NCBI RefSeq assembly: GCF_006345805.1
Contig: NC_043010.1
Location: 47,926,001-47,990,000, forward strand
Source: Octopus sinensis
Lineage: Eukaryota
DNA: 64,000 nucleotides
Reading direction: 5' to 3'
The position numbers and the translations under genes are program-made. Numbering within the stretch: the first letter of the stretch is position 1; each line of letters opens with the position of its first letter. The notes under the pieces were generated by a model, which was given only the letters and a program-made list of their open reading frames with translations, had not been told where the DNA came from and did not search any database. Below, one piece after another: positions 12,224 through 25,219 of this stretch.

Positions 12224-12893
12224 ATGTTGGCGTGACTATGAAGAATGCTAGAATATCTCATTAAAATGTTGGTGTGACTATGAAGAATGCTAGAATATCT
12301 CATTAAAATGTTGGTGTGACTATGAAGAATGCTAGAATATCTCATTAAAATGTTGGTGTGACTATGAAGAATGCTAGAATATCTCATTAAAATGTTGGCG
12401 TGACTATGAAGAATGCTAGAATATCTCATTAAAATGTTGGTGTGACTATGAAGAATGCTAGAATATCTCATTAAAATGTTGGTGTGACTATGAAGAATGC
12501 TAGAATATCTCATTAAAATGTTGGTGTGACTATGAAGAATGCTAGAATATCTCATTAAAATGTTGGTGTGACTATGAAGAATGCTAGAATATCTCATTAA
12601 AATGTTGGTGTGACTATGAAGAATGCTAGAATATCTCATTAAAATGTTGGTGTGACTATGAAGAATGCTAGAAATCTCATTAAAATGTTGGTGTGACTAT
12701 GAAGAATGCTAGAATATCTCATTAAAATGTTGTGTGACTATGAAGAATGCTAGAATATCTCATTAAAATGTTGGTGTGACTATGAAGAATGCTAGAATAT
12801 CTCATTAAAATGTTGGTGTGACTATGAAGAATGCTAGAATATCTCATTAAAATGTTGGTGTGACTATGAAGAATGCTAGAATATCTCATTAAA
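12224..12893. repeat. Minisatellite, 42-bp unit (ATGTTGGTGTGACTATGAAGAATGCTAGAATATCTCATTAAA) x16
   Basis: 670 bp = 16x42 minus two 1-bp deletions. Units are near-identical, with no spacers. Diverged 21-23-bp monomers flank both sides. Confidence 0.97.
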
Positions 12894-13285
12894 ATGTTGG
12901 CCTGACTAATTAGAATATTAAAGTAACTCAATAAAATGTTGGAGTGATTCAACTGAATGTTGGCATGACTCTATGAAGTATGAAAATGGGAAAACTTAGT
13001 GTAGGGACAAGGTTAAACCTTGGCATCAAATAAATGAACAAACTCACTACATGTATTGAATGCTTTTTCAAAATCCTTTATAATCCAAATGTGCATGTGT
13101 GTGCAAATGTGCATATGTGTGCTTATTCTTTTGTTGGTTACAGTCATTGTTCTGTGGCCATGCTACAGTATCACCTTTATAAGCTTTTTCAATCATATTG
13201 CCCCTAGTTTTTCAGTTTTGTACCTACTTTATCAGTCTGTATTTGTTAAACCACTAAGTTATGGAACATAAACAAGGTTTTTTAA

Positions 13286-13682
13286 GCTCAGGAGTGGCTG
13301 TGTGGTAAGTAGCTTGCTTACTAACCACATAGTTCCGGGTTCATTCCCACTGCATGGCACCTTGGACAAGTGTCTTCTACTATAGCTTTGGGCCGACCAA
13401 AGCCTTGCAAGTGAATTTGGTAGACGGAAACTGAAAGAAGCCTGTCGTATATATGTATGTGTGTGTATATGTTTGTGTGTCTGTGTTTGTCCCCACAACA
13501 TCGCTTGACAACTGATGCTGGTGTGTTTACGTCCCTGTAACTTAGTGGTTCAGCAAAAGAAACTGATAGAATAAGTACTAGGCTTACAAAGAATAAGTCC
13601 TGGGGGCGATTTGCTCGACTAAAGGTGGTGCTCCTGCATGACCGCAGTCAAATGACTGAAACAAATAAAAGAGTAAAAGAGT
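13286..13682 (+). mobile_element. tRNA-derived SINE family A, full length (internal TA/TG microsatellite)
   Basis: Head GGAGTGGCTGTGTGGTAAG (A-box-like) and GGTTCA(T/G)TCCC (B-box-like); tail TGACTGAAACAA(G/A)TAAAAGAG. Many homologous copies in the window. Confidence 0.85.
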
Positions 13683-13771
13683 GTAAACCTGGACACACAG
13701 ACATACTATAAGTTCTTGCAGAATATCCACTGACCAGCCTGGGATTAACTAACTAGACTATTTATTAAATA

Positions 13772-14167
13772 CTAGCAGTATCGCCTGGCATTGCTCGGGT
13801 TTGTAAGGGAAATAACTATAGAAATATTTTTAGAGATGTAAAGTATAATAGCCATCTCAATATGGCTAACCACAAGGGGGGGGGGTTACTGTAGCTTTTT
13901 ACGTTCTGAGATTTAATAATAAATTCTTAGAGAGTTACTTCCCTTATATATGCCAAAAATGCATTAAAAATGGGAAAAATTGATGGTAATTTTTTTTTTA
14001 AATCGTAGACTCATCGTAGACACGCGCTAATACCCAGAAGGGCTCGATATGAATCACGACTATAAGATACCCGGTTTTGGTTAAACTGCACTGCAAAATG
14101 TGGGAGTAGTTAGGAATCTAAATCGTAGGGGACAGACAGCACACAGCCTCACTTTTATATATAAAGA
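13772..14167 (-). mobile_element. Non-autonomous Helitron
   Basis: On the minus strand: A|TCTTTATATATAAAAG ... CCCGAGCAATGCCAGGCG (subterminal hairpin) ATACTGCTAG|T. This gives 5'-TC and 3'-CTAG termini inserted between A and T. Confidence 0.8.
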
Positions 14168-14221
14168 TTTCAGGTATCAATTGTAATCAAGTTTAGGATC
14201 TTTCTTTCTTTACATCTGCCT

Positions 14222-14453
14222 TTAACCCTTTAACATTTAAACCAGCCATATCTGACTCAAAATATTCTACCTATTTTATGTTTAAACTGGCCAGATTTGG
14301 CCTCTCATACCTACCCAATAATGTCATTCAAAACAAATAATCACATCATTGAAATCTGAAAACTACAAGATAGTGCACGATTAATTTGAAGCAATGTGGA
14401 TAAAAAAAAAATTCATTACTTTTGACAGAGTAACCTGACTGGTAAAGAGTTAA
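14222..14453. mobile_element. piggyBac-type MITE (TTAA|CCCTTT...AAAG(G/A)G|TTAA), ~230 bp
   Basis: TTAA-flanked short inverted ends; body homologous to the copies listed below. Confidence 0.75.
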
Positions 14454-15600
14454 TAAATGAGTTTTTCTTTATGTAATTGAAATCTTGGCTTTTTAATTTT
14501 TTAAATTTGAGAATTTTCAGCTTTCTTCTGACTTCAGTATTTGTCTGCCATATTGGTACTTGCAAGGATAATGCCTATTAACTAATGTAGGAACATACTA
14601 ACATCTTCTTTTGCAATCCTATGCTATGAAAGAGAAGCTGGTCTTCTGTCTGTCTGTTACAAGATACATGTAAAGGAGGGGAAGAAAAGGAGGAGAAAAA
14701 GTTGTTGTTGTTGAGAGAGAAATACAGTGAGATAGAGAGAGCGTGTGTGAAAGATAGATAGATAAGTAGTATTGTCACCATAGTAACTGACAAAACTTTC
14801 ACTACATAACAATCTACTATTAAAAGAAGGTATGTGGATGATTAACAAATATTTTTACTGTCAGCATAGTGATGGATAAAGACCTAGTAAGACAGTAATT
14901 TTCAACTTGCAAAAAGAGAAAAACTTTATTATACAACAGAGATACCAACATGTGAAACACTACTGTACTTGTTTGACCTCCAAGCAATCTCTCTCTACAC
15001 CACAACCTACCATCTTCAAAAAAGGAGAGGGGACACTGGATTGTGCTGTTTTAGATACCCTTACGAAGACAGGACACAGGACGGTTACAACTGGAATGCC
15101 TTTGATCAGGGATGACCTGTGCCTAATAACATATATTATGTTAAGTTCTTAAGGCAGCAAGCCAGCTGAATTGTTAGCATGCCAGGCAAAATACTTTGTG
15201 GCATTTTATCTGTCTTTACATTCTGAGTTTAAATTCTGTCAGGGTCAACTTTACCTTTCATTTTTTCAGGGTTGATAAAATAAGTACTAGTTGAGCACTG
15301 GGACCGATGTAATGGACTTAACCCCTCTCCACCAACGAAACTGCTAGCCTTTTGTGCCAAAATTGAAAACCATTATGACAAGTTCTTGATTAGCGGGGAT
15401 GACCACTTCTGTAGAGTTTTTAGTTTTGTTTTCATTTCCAACACCAATTATGAGTGGAATACAATTTGTTTTTGTTTCTTTCACTTAAAGGCTAGTGAGC
15501 ATAAGCACATATGTACCAGTTGAACATAGGGGGTCGATGTAATCAACTTATCCTCTCGCCTGAAATTGCTGGCCTTGTACCAAAATTTGAAATCAATTTT

Positions 15601-15824
15601 TATTTCTTTATTGCCCACAAGGGGCTAAACATAGAGGGGACAAACAAGGATAGACAAAGGGATTAAATCGACACCAGTGCATAACTGGTACTTAATTTAT
15701 CGACCCCGAAAGGATGAAAGGCAAAGTCGACCTTGGTGGAATTTGAACTCAGAACGTAGCGGCAGACGAAATACAGCTAAGCATTTCAACCGGTGTGCTA
15801 ACATTTCTGCCAGCTCACCACCTT
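15601..15824 (-). mobile_element. tRNA-derived SINE family B with 16-bp target-site duplication
   Basis: Direct repeat ATTTGAAATCAATTTT at 15585-15600 and 15825-15840. Core (minus) GCCTTTCATCCTTTCGGGGTCGATAAATTAAGTACCAG, resembling the MetaSINE central domain as I recall it. Confidence 0.85.
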
Positions 15825-15939
15825 ATTTGAAATCAATTTTATAAGCACTATTATCTAAGTTCAACTTCACCTCTCATCTTTGGGGTGGGGTGGGGGGTTA
15901 GTAAAATAAAATAAAATACCAGTCAAGTGCTTGCTTACT

Positions 15940-16260
15940 GTTGCCTTGCTTCATGAGGCTAGGGTGATCCCAGGTTAGTGCTCCCAGAGAGCTGACCAGG
16001 TCCACCAAAACCCTCCATCATTAGCAGTCTTGTGCCTGCCCCTCTGCATTCTATGAGGTGATGTCAAGCCTCTGGGGATCTTCTTTAATCATGTCCAACC
16101 ATCTGGTGTGGGGCCTGCCATGAGGCCTCTTCCAGCCCACAGCTGCTGCATTGAATAAGTGTAAAGCCCTGGTAGGATAATCAAGTGAGAGACGGAGGAC
16201 ATGTCCATACCAGCGAAACTGCGATCACATACCAGTCAAGTATCATCAACTATATCCATT
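15940..16260 (-). mobile_element. Degenerate RTE-like LINE 3' fragment (second family; also at ~49500-49800)
   Basis: Minus-strand QFRWYGHVLRL...GWKRPHGRP-like remnant; homologous to 49520-49795. Confidence 0.65.
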
Positions 16261-18520
16261 CTTCATATTTGAAATCTTGTGCCTTTCTAAAAAGTTGATA
16301 TTATCGTATGGCTACCATTAGTAGCTTTACTCAAAATTATGGCACTGAAGTAGTGAAACACCATAAGGACAAAAAAAACAACATGACTGAAAACACACAC
16401 ACACAGATATTGGTTTCAAATTTTGGTACAAGGCCAGCAAATTTGGGGGATCCCAGTGCTCAACTGGTACTTATTTTATCAACCCAAAAAAGATGAAAGG
16501 TGAAGTTGACCCCAGTGGAATCTGAACTCAAGACGTAAAGGGGCTACACACAGAGGGGGCAAACAAGGAGAGACAAACAGATTAAGTCGATTATATCGAC
16601 CCCAGTGAGTAACTGGTACTTATTTAATCGACCCTGAAAGGATGAAAGGCAAAGTTGACCTCGGTGGAATTTGAACTCACAACGTAGCAGCAGACAAAAT
16701 ACTACTAAGCATTTCACCTGGCATGCTAACGTTTCTGCCAACTCGCAGCCTTATGTTGCTTACTTTCTGCCTTACAGATATTGATGTGTTTCACAGTGTG
16801 GACAACAAATAACTGAACTTCTGACTCTATAAGAGTAGATGATTAAGTGAGTAATGTGACTTAATCAGAAATAGAGGATTAGAATTGATGACAGAAACTA
16901 ACAGCAAAATGTTCAGAGTTTTGAAAAGAAGTTTAGGGAATTCAATGAAAACAAGAAAATGTTTAGATTAGATTGGGTGATATGTATCAGAAGTGCATGA
17001 TGTGAATTGCAGCAGTTGAGAAGAACTGCATTGAGTATGATCCAGCTTCTATATGTAAATATAATGTAACTGAAACCTACATTGCTGACAAGCTAATGAA
17101 AACGAGGGCTGAAAAAAAATTATAGCTAATGATAACTAAAATTCAAGTGACAAATTGGTAGTTGATAGAGCATAGAATAAATTGCACTATATTTGTTAAG
17201 ACTCTCTGCATTCAAACTTGTCCTTCATCCTTTCAGGACTAAACCTCTTGTTTCATTATCACAATTGAAAAGTGTACAGATTTAAGTGAAATTTTTGAAG
17301 TTACTTTTGTCAGTAAATTACAAACTTACTTTTATCAGTAATTCTATCAACAGGAATAAAAACACACAAAAGTTTGCAAAGGTAGATAAAAAATTTGTAA
17401 GCAAATTTAATGAAGTGAAATTTATGAAATTACTTGTCATTAAATTATGTATGAAATTACTTTCATCAGTAATTGTGAACTTCTTTCTGTCAGTAATTTG
17501 TTGTTCTTGTTTGTAAATAGTGATTGAAAACTTACAGTGAAAACAACAGCAATTGACCTTAAAGCAAAAACAATAGCGTCTGAAAAATGAATGTGAAATC
17601 AATAGAGGGTGAGTGAAATATAGAGAGAGGGGGAGAGAGAGGGCTAGCTAGTTAGACAAATAAGATAGATATAGGTATAGAGATAGAGAGAGATGAATAG
17701 ACAGACATAGATAGAGAGATATAGACATCACTGATGCTAGAAAACTGGAAGTAAATATTTCTGAAAGTTTTCAAAGATGTGAATCTAATATAAAAAGCAA
17801 TATTTTATATTTTTTATTAAAAAATCAAATGAAGAGCCTAACATGTGTCCAAGGTCAAATTATTCACACATCACAAGCATGGAAGCAATTGAAGCTGTTT
17901 TAGTGTGAAAAGCAAATACACACACGTCTCTATTTTATATATTAGATGATACTGTGATAATCTTTTCACCAATGGATGTAAGGGAAACAATGAATTTCTG
18001 AAAGTTACTTTGCAAAGAGTTACCTCCCTTGTCCACATAACCCACAAACAGGTGTTTTCTGCTCCCAGGTGGTGCATTACTCGTTATGTGAAAAATTTTA
18101 AGAGTCTAAAACCATCCATGGAACATAAGTAATGTATGTTCCAAGTGTGGAGAAAATCAGTTGAAAAATACAGCCATTAAAACCTTTTACACACACACAC
18201 AGAACAGGATGTATATCATATATATATATATATACACATATATCAAATATATATACTATATATATATATGATATATATAAATTATATATACATCATATAT
18301 ATATATATATATATATACACTATGTATGTATGTATATATATATGTATATATACATATACGACGGGCTTCTTTCAGTTTCCACTCACAAGGCTTTGGTCAG
18401 CCCGAGGCTATAGTAGGTGCCACACAGTGGGACTGAACCCAGGACCATGTGGTTGGTAAGCAAGCTACTTACCACACAGCCACTCTTGTGCCTATATATA
18501 TATATATCATAAATATTTAT

Positions 18521-18561
<41 letters not shown>

Positions 18562-19667
18562 CTGTAAGTTAATGTAGTTTATAAGATAATTGTTTATTCC
18601 TTTGTCATCTCATTTTCTTGCAAGTATTTGGTGATCCTCTCAGAGCATATACCACTTAAAAGCACCCAGTCCACACTGTAAAGTGGTTGGTTTTCTGTAG
18701 AGTATCCAGCTATAAAAACCTTGCCAAAACTGACCTTGCTTGTTTTTGTGCCATGTAAAAAGCGCTACTCACCTCACCTGTGCTTGTGCCATGAAAAAAA
18801 GCACTAAGTCCACTCTACTGAGTGGTTGATGTTAAGAAGGGCATCCAGCTGTAAAAATCCTGCCAAAACAGTCACAGAAGTCTGGTGCAAGCTTCAACCT
18901 AGCTGGCTCTTGTGAAACTGTCTCATCCATGCTAGCATGGAAGACGGACATTAAAAACCAGAACGATGATGATGATGATATATATAAGTGTGTGTGTGTG
19001 TGTGTGTATATTACACTCATGGAGTGGTTGGCATTAGGAAGGGCATCCAGCTGTAGAAACACTGTCAAATCAGACTGGAGCCTGGTGCACCTCCGTGGCT
19101 TACCAGACCCCGGTCGAACCGTCCAACCCATGCTAGCATGGAAAACAGACATTGAATGATGATGATGATGATGATGATGATATATATATATATGTATATC
19201 AATATACAGACACACATATTCTTTTTTATCACTTAAAAATAATATCCTTTAACAGCTTTCACGAGATTCATGGTGCTATCGCAAACTTTTATTTTACCAC
19301 AGATTAAAAATAGTGACATTAAGTTAATCGGATTATTTACCACATAGTCATGAGTTCAAATCCTACTACTGTCATTTTGTTGTGCTCCTGGGCAAGGTAG
19401 CTGATGCTGTTTGGTTCAGTCTTTTCGACTAGTACCTTAACAAAAATAGTCACACCCTACTTCACGGATTAAGTTGTTTATGATGTGAAGGACATCCAGA
19501 AGCACTAAATGTATCATTGCACCCTTGCAAGCATGGAAAAGAAGATTAATTAAACAAAAAAAAAAATAATAAATAAAAATTTAAACAAGGAGATTAATTA
19601 AAAATTAATAAGTAAAATAAAACAAGAAAAAAAATCAAACAGTAAGAACCAAAATCAAAATACCAAC

Positions 19668-19673
19668 TTTATT
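19668..19673 (-). terminator. Candidate CACUL1 polyadenylation signal AATAAA (3' UTR ~19650-20388)
   Basis: Plus strand TTTATT = minus AATAAA, followed on the minus strand by a U/GU-rich tract (19540-19660). Confidence 0.5.
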
Positions 19674-19871
19674 TTTGTTTTGGTTTAAGCGAGCAATAAA
19701 AATTTCAATTAATTTAAACAATATCAGTTGTTTTTCAGCAGGACTAATATAAAATGAAAGAACATTTTTCCTTCCTGTTTTTCACTTTTCGGCATTAGAA
19801 AAATGTTGAAGCAACATAAACTTTTCATGTGGGGAGAAAATAAAAAATAGAATGAGTTGGAAATATAAATA

Positions 19872-19903
<32 letters not shown>

Positions 19904-20388
19904 TTCTCTTAAATGGGACTGAATGGGTGGTGTAAAAAAAATGTTAAAAAAGAATATGAAAATAAAAAAAATCCCCAGCAGCGAAACCATGCTGCAATGT
20001 AGAACAGAATCCCCCTCCTCTTCGTTTCGTTTTAAAGACTGAATGGAATCCTGGTTAAAATAAACTCCACATAGTAGAACTAGCAGTCAATGATGAGAGC
20101 AAATACTACTGGAGAAGAATTGGTTGGTTGCTGTAGTTGTTACTGAGATTTGTTGCTGTTGTTGTTGTTGCTGTTTTTGTTTACTTGTGAAGTTCACACT
20201 GTTGTCCAGAGTAAGAACTATGACCGTTGTTTTGAGAGGAGGAAGAAGGTACCAGCTGAATAGACTGGCGAGTCAGTTAAGCAGTGACCAAAGTGAGTGT
20301 GTAGCTAGATTGGCTACAGTCATCAAACAGTTTACATAACACAGGGCTACAGGCTGGCTGGCTGAGCTGGCTGGCTGGCTTGGTTGTT

Positions 20389-20411
20389 TCAGTGTGAGGG
20401 TTGGCCACATC
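20389..20411 (-). CDS. CACUL1: CACUL1 terminal exon coding part (RCGQPSH*)
   Basis: Acceptor tgtatttttaacAG (20413-20412). The phase-1 join gives AGA TGT GGC CAA CCC TCA CAC TGA, followed by non-repeat UTR-like sequence. No homology support for these residues. Confidence 0.6.
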
Positions 20412-21825
20412 CTGTTAAAAATACAAGAAAACAATTTTAAAACTGCAAAGATAAGAAAGCAAAAAAAGAATATATATGTGAAGGCATGTGGCCTAGTGGT
20501 TAGGGCATTCGGCTCACAATTGTAAGGTCGTGAGTTTGATTTTCAGTAACACGTTGTGTCCCCTTGAGCAAGACACTTTATTTCACGTTGCTCCAGTCCA
20601 CTCAGCTAGCAAAAATGAGTTGTACTTATATTTCAAAGGGCCGGCCTTGTTACACTCTGTGTCATGCTGAATCTCCCTGAGAACTACGTTAGGGGTATGT
20701 GTATCTGTGGATTGCTCTGTCACTTGCACATTAATTTCACGAGCAGGCTGTGCCGTTAATCGTATCAGCTGGGACCCTCATTGTTGTAACCAATGGAGTG
20801 CTCCTATATATATATATAATATATAGAAGACATTACTATACATAAATGCCACATGCTAGGAGGGACTCTTAAAGTAAAAACTACAAAAATAAATAAACAC
20901 ATTGTACTCAATAATGCAACTCTCGAAGAAAGTCACTTAAAAACAGGACTTGCTTCGAGAATTGCATTCAGTACGATGTGTTTATTTATTTTGGTAGTTT
21001 TGACTTTAAGAGTCTCTCCTAGTGTGTGGTATTTATGTATAGTAATGCCCTCTATATAATATAAATAAATATGTTTAAGTGAAAAAAATTGGTGGATTTT
21101 TTCTCTTATGAGGTTTTACACGCTAACTACTTGATAAATTCATATAAAGATTTTATCCTATTTTTAAATTGTATATATATATATATATATCATCATCATT
21201 AGTAAGTTCATAAATTCAAAAAAGAAACACACTAAAGCATTAGAGCAGTAATGTATATTTTAGAAAGTTAGAAGTTATGGTCAGTCATAGAGTGACCGGT
21301 GGTTTTGCACATATAAAGCGCTTAGCTGTACAGATGACTCCATCCACAGTATGAACAGTTATTTTTTGCTTCGAAAACCAACTGGTTGTTACATATTTCT
21401 TCCTCCAGTTCTGAAGAGGTTATGTGTCTTCAGCCATTGGAATCTGATGAGTTGCCTATACTGATCAGATCTATATTCATAGGCACTCCAGTCATGACCA
21501 TCCTGTCTTTTTTGTCAACTAGTACTACAGCTACATAATCCAATGTGTTTTGAGAAGCTTTGGCCACTATTTCTAACAGGTCAAGAGATTATGTAGAAGC
21601 TTTTATTCTATTTTTACCACATGAAACTCTCTTTTTCTCCCCCATTCATTTTCTTACTTCCTCTTTTTGCCTATCATTTGCTTATCTTCACTTTCCTCAG
21701 TCTTTCCCTGTCACTTTTCTTTATCCTGTCTTCAGACTCTCACAACCTCAAGGACAGCCCTCCACAAAAAAAAAAAAAAAAAAAAAATCCTCTCGAAACA
21801 AAGGGAAAATGTCATTCCAGCTTAC

Positions 21826-21869
21826 TTGGTATTTCTTCTTCACTTCGTCGTTTGCGGCTTGAATCAGAG
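21826..21869 (-). CDS. CACUL1: CACUL1 coding exon 8 (SDSSRKRRSEEEIP; basic NLS-like RKRR)
   Basis: Acceptor tttctcttttAG (21871-21870), donor GTAAGC (21825-21820), 44 nt, phase 2/1. Confidence 0.88.
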
Positions 21870-23251
21870 CTAAAAGAGAAATTATGAAATAAAATGTAAA
21901 TAAAAGCAACATCAACAAATAATTTTTAAGGTACGTTGACAAAAAATGCTGTTAAATATTAAGGCCTTCAGACACAAACGTAAAGAGAAAGACTGAGAAA
22001 TTCAAATATATTTTTACTTTAATCTGCATTGAATAACATGATTGCACTATGCTTGAAAACATGAGAGATCAGTTCAGTTGGAATGCTTTTGAGTATAAGT
22101 CTCCTTCATCAAGCCTAAACAACAGTATATCAAATCTTCTTGTTTATCAATAGAATATAATGTTTCAACATCAAGTTTAGTATTTCAACAAGATTTTTAT
22201 AGATTTACATATTTATATATTTTTGGTAAAAGCTTGACAAGGCAGCTGGCTATATCATGACAACACTGCAAATAACTGGAGGTGAAAGACTATTTTTCTC
22301 CCAGCGATTTCACATTGCAATTTGCAAAATGGTCAAGTATTATACTTGCATTGAAGTATAGATTTGTGATTTAGGGATTCAAATGCATTGCAGATACCTA
22401 ACTCTATCTCTGGATAGGTCAATTTGCACTATGTACCTCAGTTCAACCAGTTGATGTTGAAAATACTTCAAAGGCAGAATTGGTGGTACCTTTTGAGAGC
22501 TTTTAGGAGCATGGGGATGACCACTTCTGTGTATACCATAATTTTTGTGTTGGTTTGAATGTCTTGATCTTGGAACACTCTCGTTCGTATATGGCCAAAA
22601 GCAGCACTGGCACTTTTATTCACTTAACACTATCATTCATGCAGAAATTGCCTGGGGTTAAGGTTGTTTTAGTTATGTCAAATACTAGTGTCAAGGGAAA
22701 AGACACCTGGTAACAATCTGTAAAAGTGGTTGGTGTTAGGTCAGGCATCAGCAATAGAAATCAAAACTTCTGGTAAAAATATTTGTTTTTCATCTACTTA
22801 ATAACACAGAGTATGGAATTATGTATTGGATTTTGGATCTGAGAAGTTTGTGAAGAGATTAACTTGAGTTTGGGCTGAAGCAAGTTGAGTGATGCGTTTT
22901 GTCCAGAAGCACAAAACAGAAATAGCCTCTAGAAGTAAAAGTTTTGAACACATATTCTTGAGGTTGGTAACCAGTGCAGCATCTTAAACCTTCAGTCAGT
23001 GTGAATCACTGAAAGATCAAGAAAGTTATATAAAGGCATGGGGAAGGAAAGGCTTCAGAATACTGTGTTTTACAGAGAAAATGAAAGTGAATCAAGAGAA
23101 CTTGGCAATATGCTACACAACAGATATGTCCACTACGTGCTAGCATGAAAAAAAGAGAAGTCAAAATCATGGTGATAATGTTTAGAAAATGCAAAGTTAA
23201 GAAAAATATAGTGAAAAAAAAAAAGAGAAAGAAATGAAAAATTCTACAGAC

Positions 23252-23393
23252 CAGCTGAACTCTGGGTTATGTAACAACTCTAGTTGCATTTTTCTGTCTT
23301 CAGCACCATATTCATCCAATTCTGATATGGAGGTTGGTGGTCGGATGTTGGGAATGTATTTGGCAAATACGTCTGGTTTTAACTGGGCATATT
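23252..23393 (-). CDS. CACUL1: CACUL1 coding exon 7 (EYAQLKPDVFAKYIPNIRPPTSISELDEYGAEDRKMQLELLHNPEFS)
   Basis: Acceptor ttttctAG (23395-23394). Weak donor GTCTGT at 23251, placed by phase and by alignment of FSCSDSSRKR to human FTRGDQSRKR. 142 nt, phase 1/2. Confidence 0.9.
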
Positions 23394-23708
23394 CTAGAAA
23401 ACAAATGTACATACATATACATCACTGTCTAAATTCATTATTATCAAAAGTGGGTAGCTGGAATGGTAGTCTTCTTACAAGGACCACTGGACAAATGAAT
23501 GGCTGTTACACCAAGTAGGTGAAAGACGACAACTGAACATTGTGTAAAAAAACAAAAGCTCATCTATTATGGTTGTATTCAAAGAAGCAGAGGTTTGGAA
23601 AACATTATCATGACAGGAAGAGTAGGGTTTGTGTGCTAGGTGAGGTTAGAGTATGACAGGGTGGCAGAAACAGGTGACTTACTGTAAAGGAGATATATGG
23701 CTACCCAA

Positions 23709-23749
<41 letters not shown>

Positions 23750-25219
23750 GGTGAAAAAAATGTGTTGGGGTAACATTTCAACAACATAAAGTAGTTTCAA
23801 CTTACATTTGTATTAAAATTTGCTACAATATTGAAACCATCATCATCATCATTCTTTAACGTCCATTTTATTGATTTTATTAATTCTTATATATTATGAT
23901 ATTTGAATATATTATTTATTGAGATAAAATAAAATATCAAAATTGATTTGTTGTATATGTTGTATAATATTTTAGAATATTGGGTAATGTTAGTTGGTAT
24001 GGGTTGGACAGTTTGACCAAAGTTGGCAAGCTGGAGAGCTGCACCAGCTTCAAGTCTGATTTGGCCTGGCTTCTACAGCTGGATGCCTAACACCAACCAC
24101 TTTACAGAGTGTACTGGATGCGTTTAACGTGACACTGACCTGAGCACTTTCATGTGGCACAGGCATGAGTGCTTTTTATGCGACACTGGAACAAGGCTAT
24201 GCAGGGCCAATCCCCTTCCCCAGGAGGAGCAGCCTTAACACTTCTGTTGTGGTGGACAGCAAGGCACCAGATAAATAACAAATTTTATCATTTTAATTCG
24301 ACCCTGAATTTCACTTAGCATCTCATATTTTCATTTTGTTGAATGAAGTAACCCTAATGACAATGATGGAGTTAATCCAAATGTAAACATGAATTCAAAA
24401 ATACCCCTAAGGGGAAATAATTCCTGTGAGTGTTCTACATTCAAAATACAAATCAGCATTTCCCAACGAAATTGTGGTGGGGCATAGGATCCAAATTTTT
24501 CTTTTTTTTTTAGTGGGACATGGAATTGTAAAAACCATTTTTTCACAGCAAACATACTACACCTATACTCAACCTAACTAAAACAATCCCTCCCGCCAAG
24601 CATACTGTGTGAAGACTGTTTGCTACAGTATAATGTTATTCTAAATCCCTTGTGTGGATATTTTTTTAAGGAAAATATATTATTATGAAATATGAAATAT
24701 TAAAAATAAAGTTGCCTTTTTTTCTAATCACTGGTGGGGCATACATTTTTCTGGAAAGTTATAATGGGGCCTGGAGGAAAATAGGTTGGGAAAAACTGGT
24801 TTATATTGCCCAATAATTTAAGATCTCATTGGATATACTTCCCTTGCTTCTTGATTTTAGAAATTATATATCCCTAGAGAGAGGTTTGTATTTACTAAAT
24901 GCTTGGATAATTTTCGCTGATCAAAGTATTTCAACTCACTATGTTACTTGTATGAGATCCACCATAAATATTCTTTTCTACACTAGGCACAAGGCCCGAA
25001 ATTTGGGGGGAGTGGGATCAGTCGATTAGATTGACCCCAGTATGCAACTGCTATTTAATTTATCGATCCTGAGAGGATGAAAGGCAAAGTTGACCTCGGC
25101 GGAATTTGAACTCAGAACGTAAACACCCATCATAAATATTGAATCATACACATTCAGGAAAGTCCCATGTTCACTCCTCTCTCTCTTACTGTCTCAAATA
25201 CAAATACACTGATAATTAC

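Noticed and set aside
12160-12952. ORFs of repeated MRYSSILHSHTNIL (159 aa and 76 aa); also a superficial CRISPR-like look
   Set aside because: It is one open frame of a 42-bp (3n) minisatellite, broken by 1-bp deletions. The units are contiguous with no unique spacers and there are no cas genes, so it is neither a supported gene nor a CRISPR array.
21812-21826. Read-through C-terminus ...SKLE* resembles peroxisomal PTS1 (SKL)
   Set aside because: PTS1 must be the last three residues; the extra Glu abolishes it.
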